A DNA stretch of 64,000 nt from Hormiphora californensis (taxonomy: Eukaryota > Animalia > Ctenophora). The translations under genes were made by a program, and so were the position numbers. Shown here one piece after another: positions 26,536 to 42,880 of the stretch (position 1 is the first letter of the stretch; each line of letters starts with the position of its first letter). The notes under the pieces are model-generated. The model was not told the DNA's origin, did no database searches, and worked only from the letters and a program-made list of their open reading frames with translations. Location of the stretch: positions 5,518,001 through 5,582,000 of the forward strand of contig CM035354.1 in NCBI GenBank assembly GCA_020137815.1, read 5' to 3'.

Positions 26536-28716
26536 TCAATCTCTATCTCTGATCTCCACCGTCTCTTCCTCCTCTGTATCCTTTACTAACTCGTTCATCA
26601 CTATCCTCCTGAGAGAGAGGTGAGGGGAATACGATGTAAATAGAGGGGAATACGATGCGGACCAGATCCCAAAATAAAAGGAACTTTTTAGAACCCCCCT
26701 CCCTCGACCCACCCTCTGGCCAGGTAGACGAGATACGGTGGATATAATGGGTATGATGGATGGTATACCTGTTTGCCTAGCTAGACTGTGTTTCGCGTGC
26801 CCCAAATACCTGTATGCGGTGAATGAGATGTTATTGGTGTCAGCTGGTAGATAACAGTCCTGTCGCAGTATCGTCTGTACATCACCCTCCGATACCCCTA
26901 CCTGAAGGGGGGGGGGGTCATCATGTCGAAAATATCCTGTACTGGGGGGGGGGGGCTGGAGGGGTATGGTGTAGTTGGGGGGGGGGGGGGGGTCCATGGA
27001 GCTGTTCTGTGTTTTCTGACTGATATATTATATCAGGGGTGGGGCCGTATTCTCTAACTTACATCCTTATTTTCCAATAAGTCCACCAAAGATGAGAGAG
27101 CTATGTGACCTGTGTTAGAGGTATCCAGAATCCGAAACAAGTCGACGTAACTGTGCCTATAAAAACATATGATGTGTAGTAGTTAATTAGTAAACCATAT
27201 ATGGGCATCACGTGATACTTGATAGATACCCTGAAGTAGCAAACTCCACGGTGTGTTCCAGGGTTGTCATAAACTCATCAAAATCCGCCGTTCCATCTTC
27301 GTCCTTATCAATGAGCAGGAAAAACTCCTAAAAATTGGAGCTACTGTACATGAATATATGATAAAATGTGTCATCTTCTAACCCTGCTATGCCTTTTTGC
27401 AAAGCAATATGGCATACGAAAAAATTGGAGCTATAGGAGGAATTATTTCAGGAGTCACCCCCCCCCACCTTGTCACGTGCCTCTTACTCTTAGTAGAGGA
27501 TCGACTCTATATTGAACAAGTAATAGGTTCGGTTACATAAATTCTTGGAATATTTAGTAAGTAAGTTAAGGTGTTGCCTTCGCTAGTGGAGGCTTTCCGT
27601 TTATTCTTTAAAAGGCTGGGTTAGGGGATAGTTTGAGCGTTCTAAATGATTTAAAAATACACAGAAATATCCCCTCAACCAATAAAACATATGTTCTTCT
27701 AATCCTATCAAATACACGAGACCACCGTTGAGCCGTGTCACCAGGAAATAAGTGTGCTTGATGGATCTGTCTGCCCGATCTGAGCACACTGTTTTGTGCT
27801 GAGAATCAAAACGTGACATTCAAATGTTGAGTCATCTGCAGAATGTGTTTTAACACATTGCATCTAGTGTTCTATAGTGTTCTAGTAGGACAACTTCTAT
27901 CAACTCTAGTAGGGGGAAATAATCAGCCTCAAAATAACAGGCTAATTCGATATCGCACTACCCGGATTATAAGTATTCACATTTAGACACGTCCCATTCT
28001 TCATATAGTCCAATCCCCCATCATGATGCTTTATATCATGTGATCCTTATAATCCAAGTATAACAATGACAACTGCACACGGCTAGATATCAGTCATCAG
28101 ACAATAACCACTACCATCCTACGTGATTGGAACCCGTTTTCACTACCAACACAGTACCTTCTTCTTCTTCTTTGAGGCCGTCTCCACCATGGTTGAGATT
28201 GAGGGATGGGACCATAGAGATTCCTTTCCCCGGCCTGGTTCCAACACAGTACCCCCTCCTTACTAGAACTGTCAGAGCATTGGCCTGACTCTATTCTCAT
28301 TCCTTCAAATAAGAGCGTGCGAGAACTGCGGTCAGAGCATTGGCCTGACAGTACTAGAATATCTTAATCCCCTTTCTTTCTTTCTAGAATCTGTCTAACC
28401 CAAGCTATTAGGTGTAAAACGGAGGGAATACATCAGTACAAGATCAGTACAAGATATGTACAACACACTACATGTACAATGTACAACTGAAGCCACACAA
28501 TGTACAATGTACATATGATGTACAATAAAATGTACATTAAGTACATCACCCTACCTGAACATCATGTGAAGCACATGGGATATTGAGATACTCAAATAGT
28601 GCCGTCATCTCCTCAGGATCTAACATCCCATTACTATTTTCATCGAACTCTATGAACGTCTTCTTGAGTTCTTTCTCCTCCTCGTCACCCAATAACATGG
28701 TGGGCGGTGATGTCAT
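26536..28716 (-). CDS. Small 2-EF-hand calcium-binding protein (exons 28716-28555, 27327-27230, probably 26608-26536; alternatively stops at 27208)
   Basis: Hand-spliced: MTSPPTMLLGDEEEKELKKTFIEFDENSNGMLDPEEMTALFEYLNIPCASHDVQ|EFFLLIDKDEDGTADFDEFMTTLEHTVEFATSG; two canonical EF loops; phase-compatible GT-AG sites. Confidence 0.85.
28269..28351. mobile_element. 83-bp micro-element, CTGT...ACAG termini (family C)
   Basis: Perfect 8-bp TSD TACTAGAA; 66-bp relative at 46031-46096 with TSD CAGCTGTC. Confidence 0.8.
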
Positions 28717-31700
28717 AGCTAGAGATCAGGGCTGTGTTCTAGATATTGTACATAGTTGTCACCCAATCCAATCAACTCCCACCACCTATATTATATAGGT
28801 GAGTATATAACATATGTATACCATAGATGAGGTAATGGTAATACGACTTCGCTGTAGTTCTCAAAGAATATCTAATGTTTGCTACTCAACAATATAACAT
28901 ATCCCAGCTCAATCTCAGCTCCCGTTCTATACTATAATGGGCTTGATATTTGATAACTGCAGATGGTTATCTTGGACAATAATCTGGAAGCTTCAGTTCT
29001 CCTAGTCACGGGAATAATCTCAGCTCCCGTATAAACCAAATTATATAAATAATATAACTAGCAGAACATATTATATGGTTGAAATCTGTCAGATCTCTGA
29101 CTTTGTTGCAGATCACAGCTGAGAATCTTTGCAGCTTCCCTTGGTATCTGTCTGTCGCTGCCGACCCCATCTGAGCGCACTGTCTGTCACTCTGTTTCAA
29201 ACAAACAAGAGTAGAGAAAAAGAAACATTGTAGAAGCTAAATCACACACAGAGAAAAAGCTGGAACTCTGAATTATATAATTCGGAGGAACGGGCTCATC
29301 TGGAGATTACTAAAGTGCAGGTATAATAAATGTCTCTAACTAGAAGTAGACAACTACATGACATGTAGTAGTATGAAAGGGGGATATGATGAGGGTAGGA
29401 GACACAGAGTTACAGACATCTTTAGTGGACAATACAGCTGACTAAATATGATATGGTTTAGGATCCATGGTTTAGGATTCAGTTAAACTGGTTTAGGATT
29501 CTGTTAATATGTTTTAGGATTCTGTTAATATTATAGTTTAGGATTCTGATTCCAGAGGGAGGTTAGCTCGTTAGGAAGGAAAGGTGATCCGAGGAAGGAA
29601 GGATTTCCTCTTTAGGATTCTGTTAATTTGGTTCAGAGAAATGGAACTATGAATTATATGTACTAGTAAACCCGTTCGCCCTACGGGCGAATTTCGGGGA
29701 AATGGTATTGGTAGCTGGAATAGGGAACACTGACATCATCAGTCTAACTAATGACATGCACTATCCCATCTTAAGTAACGGTACCTTAGAAGGAGCTCAG
29801 GCGGGATCGCTGCGAGTTTCTGGTTTCAGAACGTCAAATGATGATCCGGCGATCAAAGTTATAAAAGAACTTACTATTTCGTCTGCTTGCAGTATTCATC
29901 TGCCTTAATCTCTGAGATTGATCATCGGTTCTGTTTAACCTCTAACGTCTTGTTCGTTCTCTCTGCACTTCTTTTGGTGATGCTGCATTTGAACCCCTCA
30001 GTGTATGGAAAAGTAGAGAATAGCGGTGAGATCTTGCGTGAATAACTCCAATTGTCGCTGTCGTATATCAAGAGTTGTTGAAGAGAGCATATAATTAGCT
30101 GGAACAGTGAAACAGACTAAAGCAAGATCAAATGCACGTGCACGTGCAGTATAACAGTAGCAACCATGCCATTGGCAACGGCTCCGACTCCTGGCCCCAC
30201 TCCAGTATTACTCCACAGTTCACCTCTAGGCTCTAAACCTGCACGTGCTAAATGCCATATAAGGTAAAAAACGTTACACTGGATTTCCCTATTTGCTTTA
30301 ATAATAGTATGATTGTTTATCGTGTTTATCTTCATCATACGGTTTTTCAAATCTTTCACTTATTCAATGAACTCTAACAATCTTGTTTTCTATTTAGTGT
30401 CGGCTGCACCTACTATCCCTTTTGCTCTGAATTTAACTACGGTCAATGACCTATCCATCCTTTTTCTGTTAATTTTTTTTTTGATTTTTTGGGGAAAATT
30501 GTTTTTTTTTGGTTGTGGGGGTTTCGGGGGGGGGTTTTTGGGGGGGGGGAAAAAAATCCGAATGCCCTTTCAAGAAGGGGCCTTGGGAGCTCGGGGGTGG
30601 GTTTTTGGTTTAAAACGTTGATGTTGGGGCCCAAGTTTAAAAAAATTTTCTTCGCTGCGGGGATTTTCTTGAAACCCCTGGTTTCTGGGCTGTTTAACCC
30701 AATTTTTTTGTTTTTTGTTTTTTGGGATTGGTTTTTTTGCCCCCGTTTTTGGAAAAAGGAGTCGGGGTTTTGGTTTGTCTCTTTTGGGGGTTTTTTTTGG
30801 GTGGGGGGGTTTTTTTGGGGGAAAAAAAAAAGGGGAAAAAAAGGGGCCCGTGAGTTGTGCCCTCCCTTGGGGGATTGGCCCCGTTTCCCTACATTCATCA
30901 GTTAATTTGCGTCAAAGAAAGGTTAAAACCCTTTGGTTTGCTTTGGTTGGTTGTTTTAGGTTTATTTTTCATCGTTCCTTTTCAATTATTTAGAACTTTT
31001 TTAAAGGGGGGTTTGGGGGCCCTTTTTTTCCCCCGGGGTTGTCTGGGGATTCCGTTCCCCCCTTTCCGGGTAAAAGTACAAAAGGGCCCACGCCCCTTGG
31101 GTGCCCCTTTTCCCCCCGGGTTTTTTTTGGGGGGTTACTCCCCCCTTTTTTTCCCCCTTTTCCCCTTCGGGGCCCCTTGTCTCTTTCTCTCTCTCTCTTC
31201 TGTCCCTTCTCTCTCCTTTCCCCTTCTCTCTTCTCCCCTTCTCTTCTCGCCTCTCCTTTGTTTTTGGTTAAATAAACTGTTAGCTACTGTTTTAGCGGGG
31301 TTTAAAGTTGACAACTTCTTGAGCCAGGACCATGGTAATACATCATCTTTGTCAGGATCAGTGACGGTCTGTCACTAAGACAGATACCTAGATAGATGTC
31401 ACTAATTAACCCAGACAAGTATCTGAACATCAATAATAATAAAAAAATAGCCCGCGGTAGAATCTTTTGAAGTACATGTTGTCATTTTGGTTTAACTTGA
31501 TCTTCCTACACCTTAACCGGGAGCCCCCCCCTTAAATTATTTTTCCCCCTCTAGTAAAGGTTTCAAGATAGAGGGAGTCCCTCCCTTTTAAATTTAAATT
31601 TAAAACTAAATTTACCCTCTCTTCCCCCGAAAACTCTCCTCTTCTCCTTTTCCCTTTTCTCTCTTCTCCTTTCCTTCTCTCTATTCTCCCCTCTTTTCAC

Positions 31701-32754
31701 CTTTTCAAGTTGATGGTCATGCGTCCTTAAAAAACCAAAAAACCTGTTTAAAAGGGAAACGATGGTTGTTCCATTACCACCCTTTCTGAAAAAAGATGTG
31801 TCCCGTAGTTTTACTAAATAAAATTGTGTTGACCAATTAATATCCAAAGTAGATGGGGCGTAAATATAATATTTGTGTTGACCAATTAATATACAGATGT
31901 AAGATGACGTAAATATAATATTTGTGTTGACCAATTACTATATCACAGCTTGGTGGGTAACAATGGACAGCTGCATGATCTACACTACTGACCCCCTACT
32001 GACGTAATAGTGCAATAGCACTGTACCAGCTGTTATTCTAGAAGCATTCCCATGGGTAGTTTATGTCATCGAGTTCGCCTCCCAACATTTAATTAGTTGA
32101 CTGGAAAATTATAGTTTGTTTTCAATGTTCATTTTTGGAACGACACATGTAGACAAACACTTTTGTTCATAGGAAAATGTCGGAAAAGGGAAGCTGTTAT
32201 GTATGTAGAGAGATGGAACAAAAAAGAAATGAAGATGGAAATAGAGATAGAGAAATGAGTTACCAGCGGTCTGAAAAGGAACATGTCAAAATGAATTATA
32301 TTAGGTTATTATCATTTCGATAGAAACCAACTTGTATAGCATTGTTATTTGCTTCAACAATTGCTACATTTCATCCAATATATTAATGAATTCTGCAAAT
32401 TACAATCGGAATTATGGCCCCTAAAAACCTATTTAATCATATGAGAGTTTCTCTTCACTACCAGTTCAAATTATCTTCAGTAAATTTATCAGTCCCGTAG
32501 TAATTGGTACTGTAACGACTAATACTCTCACCCGCCATTATAATAGTAGCCTACTACGCACGCAAGGCGGGTGCTAGACTTATTAATTACAGGGGCTAAT
32601 GAGCTTCCTGAGTTTCATGTGTGGTTGTAGCGTCCATATTATTTGACAAAATGTTGAATATTTAGGACACCCGGTGGGAACACACATCTTTTCGAGTCAA
32701 AATGTTTTGATAAATCATTGTATTTTATAGTCAACATAATATCTTATTATTTAC

Positions 32755-33791
32755 ATGATAAATCATATAGGATCTGTGTGTATGGCTATGTATAACTACT
32801 CCTTCCCTGGTACGACCCCTCCCGTTCCCATCCCTGAAGAGACCCTCCAGTCTGTGGACACCGCCCTGGCATGTCTGCTAATAGGAGTTATTCTGATCGG
32901 GGTCCCTGGAAACATCTCAGCATTGGTTCACTTTATCTCCGAACTGAGATCAACCAATCACCGAACTAAGAACAGGGCATACTTCCTGGAGATCTACATC
33001 ACCATAGCAACATGCGATCTCTTGGTAACAGCATCTGTCTTCCCCCAAATCGAGGGTTACTTGTCCAGGGGTCGGGATTCCCACCTCTTTTGTTACACTA
33101 TCTTCTGTGCCATGTGGGGTGCACTCTGGGAGGTTTTACCCTACTTTAACGTCATCCTTGTTGCCTGTCTAAGCTTCTCTCGACTGGTTACTCTGGTACG
33201 GCCAATGGCCCAACTCAGAGTCAAGGTGTTCCGAGCCTCTGCGGTGGGCTACCTCATCATTCTAGTGGTGTCCCGCACCCTACCCGGTGCACTTGGCAGC
33301 GGCACCTTCAAGTTCGACCGTGGCGTCCTTTATTGCTTCCTGAAAACCAACAACTGGCTGATTCAAGGTGTGACGTGTGCAGTTCAAATAGCCCTACCGA
33401 TAATTCCCATTGCGGGTAGTTGTATTTGGAGTATCGCCAAACTTCCATTCCCTAGTCATCAAAGTTTGGGAAAGGAACACGGAGTGTGGGGAGGAATAGA
33501 GATGCTACAATGACTGTCATTCTCTTTACAGTGATCTACCTGGTTTACAACCTACCCATATTCATGAATTATCTGCTTTTTATCCGGGTATGGATGGGAG
33601 ATGGCCAGCTGTATCTGGAGCACTACAGTTCTCCCTTTTTATACTGGTACTCCTTGGAATGTCTCCTTTATCGTCGTGTATCGCCCTCAACTCAGGCCTC
33701 TAATCCCCTCCTGTACTACCTCCGCCTCAACTCCTTCAAGAGTTTTGTGGATAGGGGAAGTTCTCGGTTGATTAGTGTGTCGGTCATGTAG
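32755..33791 (+). CDS. Second orphan class A-like GPCR, paralog of 24819 gene; frameshifted (sequence error or pseudogene)
   Basis: Shared motifs YFLEIY, WGALWEVLP, LSFSRL, YCF, YNLPIFMNY, NPLLYYLR; frame breaks near 33450-33490 and 33655-33690. Confidence 0.82.
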
Positions 33792-34830
33792 CCAGCCCTC
33801 AATAATGACATTGGATGCATTATATGTGGGAGAGTCTCTCCGCTACTTTTCTATTGTTTGAGGGATCGCTTTTCAACTGTTCGCTGCGACCCCACCATTA
33901 TGAAAAGATGCACCTTGCACCCCCTTTTTGGGTGAAAATAAAAGGTACAATATTGCATCAATGCATCTCAATGTTGGGTACGAGGTTCCCTTTTTCTCTA
34001 CATATATTTTCTCTCCCATTTTTCTCTCACTCTTGTGCTGTCTGTCGCAATGTCGTGCACACCATCTTTCTAGGAATGAGGGAGGGGTTAAGAGAGGGCC
34101 CTCAAATCCTAAGAGTAGTGTCCCTGCGGGGAAAGTGCTAAACTCAGAACAAAGTTCCAAGACAGACAATGTTATTTTGGAAACTGAAACCTTGTTTTGT
34201 TTTCCTAAATAATTTTTTTTTTTTTTTTTTTTTCGTGTCTTCTCCGCATTAACATTTGTCACTCCCTGTACACACATGTATTCTGGCCATGTATGTGCCA
34301 TGGTTTGACAGATATTAAACTTCACGGCCATTTGTTTGACCCCGGTGTCAAGGTCCGGTATACTGCAAGTACGGGCACCCAATCACTGGTACTCTACCTG
34401 ATCATCTGGTAGTTGCAGTATGAAATCAAACAAACTTTTTGGCATAGCGTTTGGCGGCACAACCTTAATGCGCTCGGTCAGCACAGTTGAAAATAGGGTC
34501 AGGGATGAAGCTGGCAAGGTCAGTGCTCGTGAGGCTACGTTTAGGGGGGAGACACACTGAGGCTGGTCGCGCGCGCTCAACTCCCAAGTCAGCCTCCCAC
34601 AAACGATCCCCCAGCCAAAAACAGGGTTCCGCGAAACTTCGAACTCCGAACCCCAGTGTGCGCCGCGAGGCCGAGATCCGAACGAGCACGCTCAACCCCA
34701 GTGTGTCTCCCGCCATAGTTCATGAATGTAAAGGTGTGAGCGCCGTATGCTGGTCGTGTTTGAAGTTATGTTCGTGAATCTGAGTAACATGGCCACAGGG
34801 GTAAGATAAGTGAGAGAGTGAGAGAGAGAT

Positions 34831-34973
<143 letters not shown>

Positions 34974-35398
34974 GAGAGAGAGAGGAGAGAGGGAGATGAA
35001 GAAGGGTTAACAGAGCCGACCAATGCAATATACTGGAGCAAACCAGCCGAAGAACCCTACCAATCCCCACCCTACCTAACACCCAAAACACTATGAGAAG
35101 CCTAATTAGGCAGAACACTAGAAGAAACCTCCATCCAACCTTCCCGCTAACTAAGAGGCCAGACGGGAATCATTGGTCGACTCTTTACGCAAGGAAGGCA
35201 AGACTTGGTTAGCAAGCTGATGTAGTGATTGAAGGTGCGTGCTGAACGGCAAGTATGTTCTTGTGAGCTGACTGCATGGTATGATAACATTTTATGGATG
35301 GCCCACAGTACGGGTCATCCCATCCTATGGGTCACCCTGCAATTACTCGGTACTCAGAATTCCCCCGAACCCACCCAAAAAATAAGAATGGGATAATG

Positions 35399-35490
<92 letters not shown>

Positions 35491-36998
35491 AGAGGGAGGG
35501 AGAGAGAAGGAGGGAGAGCGCGAGAGAGAAAGAGGGAGAGCGCGAGAAAGATAGAGAGAGGGAGATAGAGGGGGAGGGAGAACAACAACAGGAGGGGCGG
35601 TAAGACATAACAACACCAAGCCTGGGAACACTTTTCACTGCCACGAGCTGCAGGAAGAGGAGGGGCATACCCCTGAGCTCTGGAAGCTGCCGGAATGTCC
35701 AGGTCTGGCCGCCCGACTCTGGAGGAAGAGGTATAGATGAGGCCAAAGAACAAGAAGAGGTCGAGAGGAGCGAAGAAGGTAACGCTTAGCGGGAACGAGA
35801 ATATGTGCCCTGAAAGATGATTGTGATATTGTGCAACCCGGTGACCAAATTTTCCCGAAAAAAGGGGTGCGAGGGGAGAGAGCATGTGTTTGTGAGCCCC
35901 ATGGTAAGCCCCGTGCATAAAATATGAGAGAAAGATAGCTAAAAAAATGAAGGGGAATAGAGAAAGCAATAAAATAACTGATTACAGTTGTATGTTAAGA
36001 ACCTGGTAGATGAGTTAGATGATAGTGAAATGATAAAGATAATGTCAACCCGATATAATACCCAATACAGCACTCCTGCTCCTAAAATAGTAAGAAAGCC
36101 CAAAACGCCCCGTATGAAAACTATAAGGAACTATGACATACAACGACAGAAAGGGAATCCTTCTAAGGGGAACCTTAATACCCGCTCTAGAGAAGGGGTA
36201 CGAAACGAACAGACCGAGGTAAAACTAGTAAAATAATAACCAAGACAGAAAGAGGATCTGTCATGAGATAGACAGGGACAGAAAACTAGACAGAAAACAA
36301 GAGAGACAGTACTAAAGATACAATAAACTGACAAGTGACAACTACGACAAGATTACTGATATGATGCGATGGTTGCTTGGGGGACAACCCTTAGTGAATA
36401 ATAATACAATGCAATATGATACAAAAAGTATCTACCAAACTGACGGACAGCATACATGACGAAACTTCGAGAGACAAACATGACGATAATCAGCAGACTG
36501 ACAACAATATGACAAGTTTATCTGTTTTGATGCGATGGTTGCTTGAAGATCGATGTTGCCAGCTTTACAGGAGGTTGGGTAGGTGTCCTTGTCCGTAGGG
36601 TTGAGATACACACACACACACTTTTCTCTCACACTATGTAATGTGTGATACTCTCTCAAATGTAAACAAATTTCAATAAAGGGGGTAGAGGTCCTTCCCG
36701 TGCAACGTAACAAAAAGTGGCAGTGAAAAGTGAACCCTAAATAATTAATATTTCTCTTTTTTACCTGGATAGTTCCATACAATATCATGTCTGGTTTATG
36801 GCGGAGCAGTGCAAATTAAATTGTTTCCTGGGTCCCTAAATATACCCTTGTTTGGTTATATTACTGGGGGGGAGGGGGTATTCTAGACTTGGGGGCATGG
36901 TAATGGTTCACATATAATGGAGTTAAACGGTTGAAAGAATGAACGGGTATTTTTCATTAACATGCATTTGAGAACCTTAAACCCTCATATTTTCCAGT

Positions 36999-37396
36999 AT
37001 TACTCGAGCGATAAGATTGTTAGGAGGAGTTTTGTTATCAGTCCACCCGACGGGAAGACCCATATCTCAGAGGAACTATTCTGGTGAGTGACATCTTTCT
37101 ATTCTGAATATATTCGGATCAGTTTGGCTATAGTAGGGGAGACTGGAGAGACTATAACATCAAAACTCCATGTCTTATTCCACTCCCAACATCCTACCTG
37201 TTTCAGGACATTCTCTCTGGGTCAGGGTGAACCACTTACTGAGACGATATCCTTCACTGGCCTGGTCCTAACTCTAACCATTGTTGGCCTGCCCTGTCTG
37301 GCTCTATTTGTGGGGACCCTATTTGTTCTGTGCAAGAGGAGAGCTCCCTCTGGTACCTGGACAAGGATACAGTGCCATCTAATTTGTAGGAACTAG
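36999..37396 (+). CDS. Possible terminal exon of a single-pass membrane protein
   Basis: Acceptor ttttccag, frame open apart from one stop at 37085, hydrophobic segment followed by CKRR; family not recognised. Confidence 0.3.
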
Positions 37397-38264
37397 ATGT
37401 TCTTGCAACTTGACTTTGAAGTTTGAGAGATATTGGGTCGGGCATATGGTATAATTATAAATGTAAATATGTTTGGGTGTGGTTTGTTAATCAGTTTTGC
37501 CAGTTGTTTGTGTGTGTGCGTATGTGAGTTATTTCCAGTTAATTTGTGGCTTCATAATTAATTGTGCGATAAAGCAGGGAGTGTTTATAATAAGCAGCCC
37601 TAATTACTGTTCGTAAGTTTTTTCCATTTTGCAGAAAAACGTGTTTATGTTTTGACTGTCAGACCTCTATTCTGAATCAGATATTTCGTGTTAACTGTCC
37701 TTTACAAAAATTCCTTCCAGATATTGTAATATTCATGTGTTTCTGTTTTCTTCCGGCTTACTACTCGCATGGTGTATTGCCTTTTTTAGGCTAACAAAAC
37801 CCCCAACCTACTAGCAATCAAGTCACGAGGTCCCGGACATTGGTAGGCAGGGTCACGTGACCAACCAAATGCTAACAGGAGCGTCTTCTTGTTTTAAGGA
37901 ATGCGCGTGAATTTAGCGCGCAGCCCTCCTGAAACTTGGTGAGTTCTAACCATGCAGAGAAAGTAGAATAGAAATGAGCCTGATGACATCATTTATTATC
38001 CGCAATATGTAGCCATTTGAAAACAAGATATTTTGTCAGTATTCAAAACTTAAAGTTAACAAAATTGAACAACAACTAGATACAGGAAAGATGGTGCATC
38101 GTCAGTACAAGATGCACCCTGTACTATTATAGTACCCCTATTAATATTGTTAACACCCCTCTCTCTATTACCCATGGAGTCCCAGCTCTCTCTCATTTCT
38201 ATCAACAAATCAGTTGCACTGATAATCACATGGTTTCACACATTTTCAATCTCTCCACTCTCTC

Positions 38265-40687
<2,423 letters not shown>

Positions 40688-40831
40688 TGACTTTCTCTCC
40701 TCACATGACTTGCTATTGGAAGTTAAATCTCGAGTTTATTTTGGATGTGTCTAACAAAATAAATCAAAGCAAATGAGGATAGAGTGTGAAATATTAACAA
40801 AAATATGATAAAAAGATACTAGATAGTAAAG

Positions 40832-42880
40832 CTACTTATCTATGGAAGGGATGTCTAATATGCCATTAAACTCTTGTTGAACACGTCTTTGTACACGCTG
40901 TAACGAGCCATTAAACACTGCACTCCATTCCTCTTCACCCTCTCCAATATCCCTGATAATAACTTTGCGGAGGAAACGTAACAACTCCTCAACCAATGAC
41001 ACATTACCATACCCAATCAGCTTCTCTAGATATTCATCAACATGGTCAATGTCACATTGCAGTGGTTCTCCAGTTGATCTGCACCAGTCAGTCAGTAGTC
41101 CCTTTATCACCTCCTTGTCGGTACTCCCCATAAAGTCTGGGACACCACTGTGTGTGAACAGAGAACACAACACTGAGGGGGTCGGTTTCTGAACTGTACC
41201 AGGTGTAACTGCCTCCCTTAGTTTGCTCATTTGTACCCCCAACCCTCGTATATCACTAGGTGTCACCCCCATTTCTCCAGCTAACCTCACTACATGCCTC
41301 AATATCACGCTGGCTGTTCCAGTAGCGCTTGTCAGTGCAGTACTCCTACTAACATTATCACAAATACCATGGCCCATGTACTTGGCGGGTTCTGCCTCCC
41401 CAGATCGCTCCTTCATCTTTACAGTTAATAGACCGCCCAGGACTCCCTCCCGGGCCATTCTGCTCTCTAATTCCGTGCACATGTGACCCAGGAATGTTTC
41501 TAGTTCTCCCTGACAGCTCAATCTCACACCGTAGTTTATTTCAACTGATATAGACTTCCGTTCATGTTTAAATGCCAACTCCCGGGTATCGATACCCCGA
41601 CAGAAGTTGTATACAGTTTGACCGGTTTTAGCCCCCAAGATACCGCAAAGGTCTTCTTTGGAGAGGGTTAACGCATCTTTACAGGATGTTAGATTGCGGG
41701 CTGCTAGTTTTCTTGCCATGGATCTCCCCACGCCAGGCAGATCGGATACAGCCTGTCCAGAGAGATATTCCTCAACATCATTTACACACAAAAACTGGCC
41801 ATTCGGTTTGGCAGCTTTGGTGGCCATTCTAGCAATTAGTTTATTACCTCCCACCCCTGCCGAGACAGTACACCCAATAGCATCCTGAATATCTAGCCTG
41901 AGTCCCAGGATAAATGATTCCACCTGATCTAACTGACTAGCCTCAACCAAATCGGACACCTCTATATACGCCTCATCGCAACTAACCACCTCTACACAGG
42001 GTGTCCTGCTGACAAGCACTCGATAGAAGTCAAAGCTGGCTTGTTGGTACAGTTTAAACTCGTATGGGACGGTTATAATATCGGGGCAGAGTTTGAGGGC
42101 AGCCCCAAGGAACATCCCATTTCGAATTCCAAACTGACGAGCCTCGTAACTGCAGCTGGATATCTCAGCGTATGAGTCTGCTTTACCTCCTATCTTGGCG
42201 TGGGTTACACACACTGGCTTGCCTTTTAGTTCCGGTCTTGATCTTAGGCAAATGGAGACGAAAAAGCAATCTATGTCAATATGAACGACAAGTGTATTTT
42301 CTTGTTTTCTATTTTCTGGATTTAACCCAGGATGAAACTCAGATTGAAGCTGGTGTACAAAGTGTCGTAGCTCGGAAACTGAAGTTGAGAGGTGGTGTAG
42401 ACGAGAGTTACTATAAAACTCACTCACAAACTTTGTATCTGTTGTTTCGGCCATTGTTTTGGACGATGATGCCGCAGCAGCAGTTGAGTTGTTGGTGACC
42501 ATTGTTTTGATATTCAGAGACGAGCGATATAGGATGAAATTAGCCTCGCTCAGCCTTTGTTTTTGCTTATCACACTGGACAATCCACTCAGGTTTTACAA
42601 TACTCAGGTTTTTCCACATTTTAATTTTGAAATCCGGGAGGTGAGACGCGATTATGTGAGACACATTGGATTTACTGAAGAACATATGAACTGCTCCCCC
42701 ATTTCGCAGAACAATTTCCTTCAGGATAGTTGCAGGAGGCTCGGTGAAACCGGTTATGTAGATTGATACGCCCCTGAGAATGTTAGATGTAGCTCCACCG
42801 TGTAGGAGGTGACGGTGGTCGGTGTTCTGGTCACTCAACTTCTGTTTTTTCAGTTCCATGTACTCTTTATGAGACCCCAT
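40832..42880 (-). CDS. REV1: DNA repair protein REV1 (Y-family deoxycytidyl transferase), intronless, compact
   Basis: N-terminal BRCT, N-digit EFYSNSRLHHLS, HIDIDCFF, SCSYEAR, SCDEAY, RKSISVEINYGVR, KYMGHGICD, C-terminal polymerase-interaction domain. Confidence 0.96.
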   Translation of the reverse strand: MGSHKEYMELKKQKLSDQNTDHRHLLHGGATSNILRGVSIYITGFTEPPATILKEIVLRNGGAVHMFFSKSNVSHIIASHLPDFKIKMWKNLSIVKPEWIVQCDKQKQRLSEANFILYRSSLNIKTMVTNNSTAAAASSSKTMAETTDTKFVSEFYSNSRLHHLSTSVSELRHFVHQLQSEFHPGLNPENRKQENTLVVHIDIDCFFVSICLRSRPELKGKPVCVTHAKIGGKADSYAEISSCSYEARQFGIRNGMFLGAALKLCPDIITVPYEFKLYQQASFDFYRVLVSRTPCVEVVSCDEAYIEVSDLVEASQLDQVESFILGLRLDIQDAIGCTVSAGVGGNKLIARMATKAAKPNGQFLCVNDVEEYLSGQAVSDLPGVGRSMARKLAARNLTSCKDALTLSKEDLCGILGAKTGQTVYNFCRGIDTRELAFKHERKSISVEINYGVRLSCQGELETFLGHMCTELESRMAREGVLGGLLTVKMKERSGEAEPAKYMGHGICDNVSRSTALTSATGTASVILRHVVRLAGEMGVTPSDIRGLGVQMSKLREAVTPGTVQKPTPSVLCSLFTHSGVPDFMGSTDKEVIKGLLTDWCRSTGEPLQCDIDHVDEYLEKLIGYGNVSLVEELLRFLRKVIIRDIGEGEEEWSAVFNGSLQRVQRRVQQEFNGILDIPSIDK

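Noticed and set aside
30117-31934. ORFs including a GPI-signal-like exon at 30117-30237
   Set aside because: Neighbouring sequence is degraded; no consistent gene model
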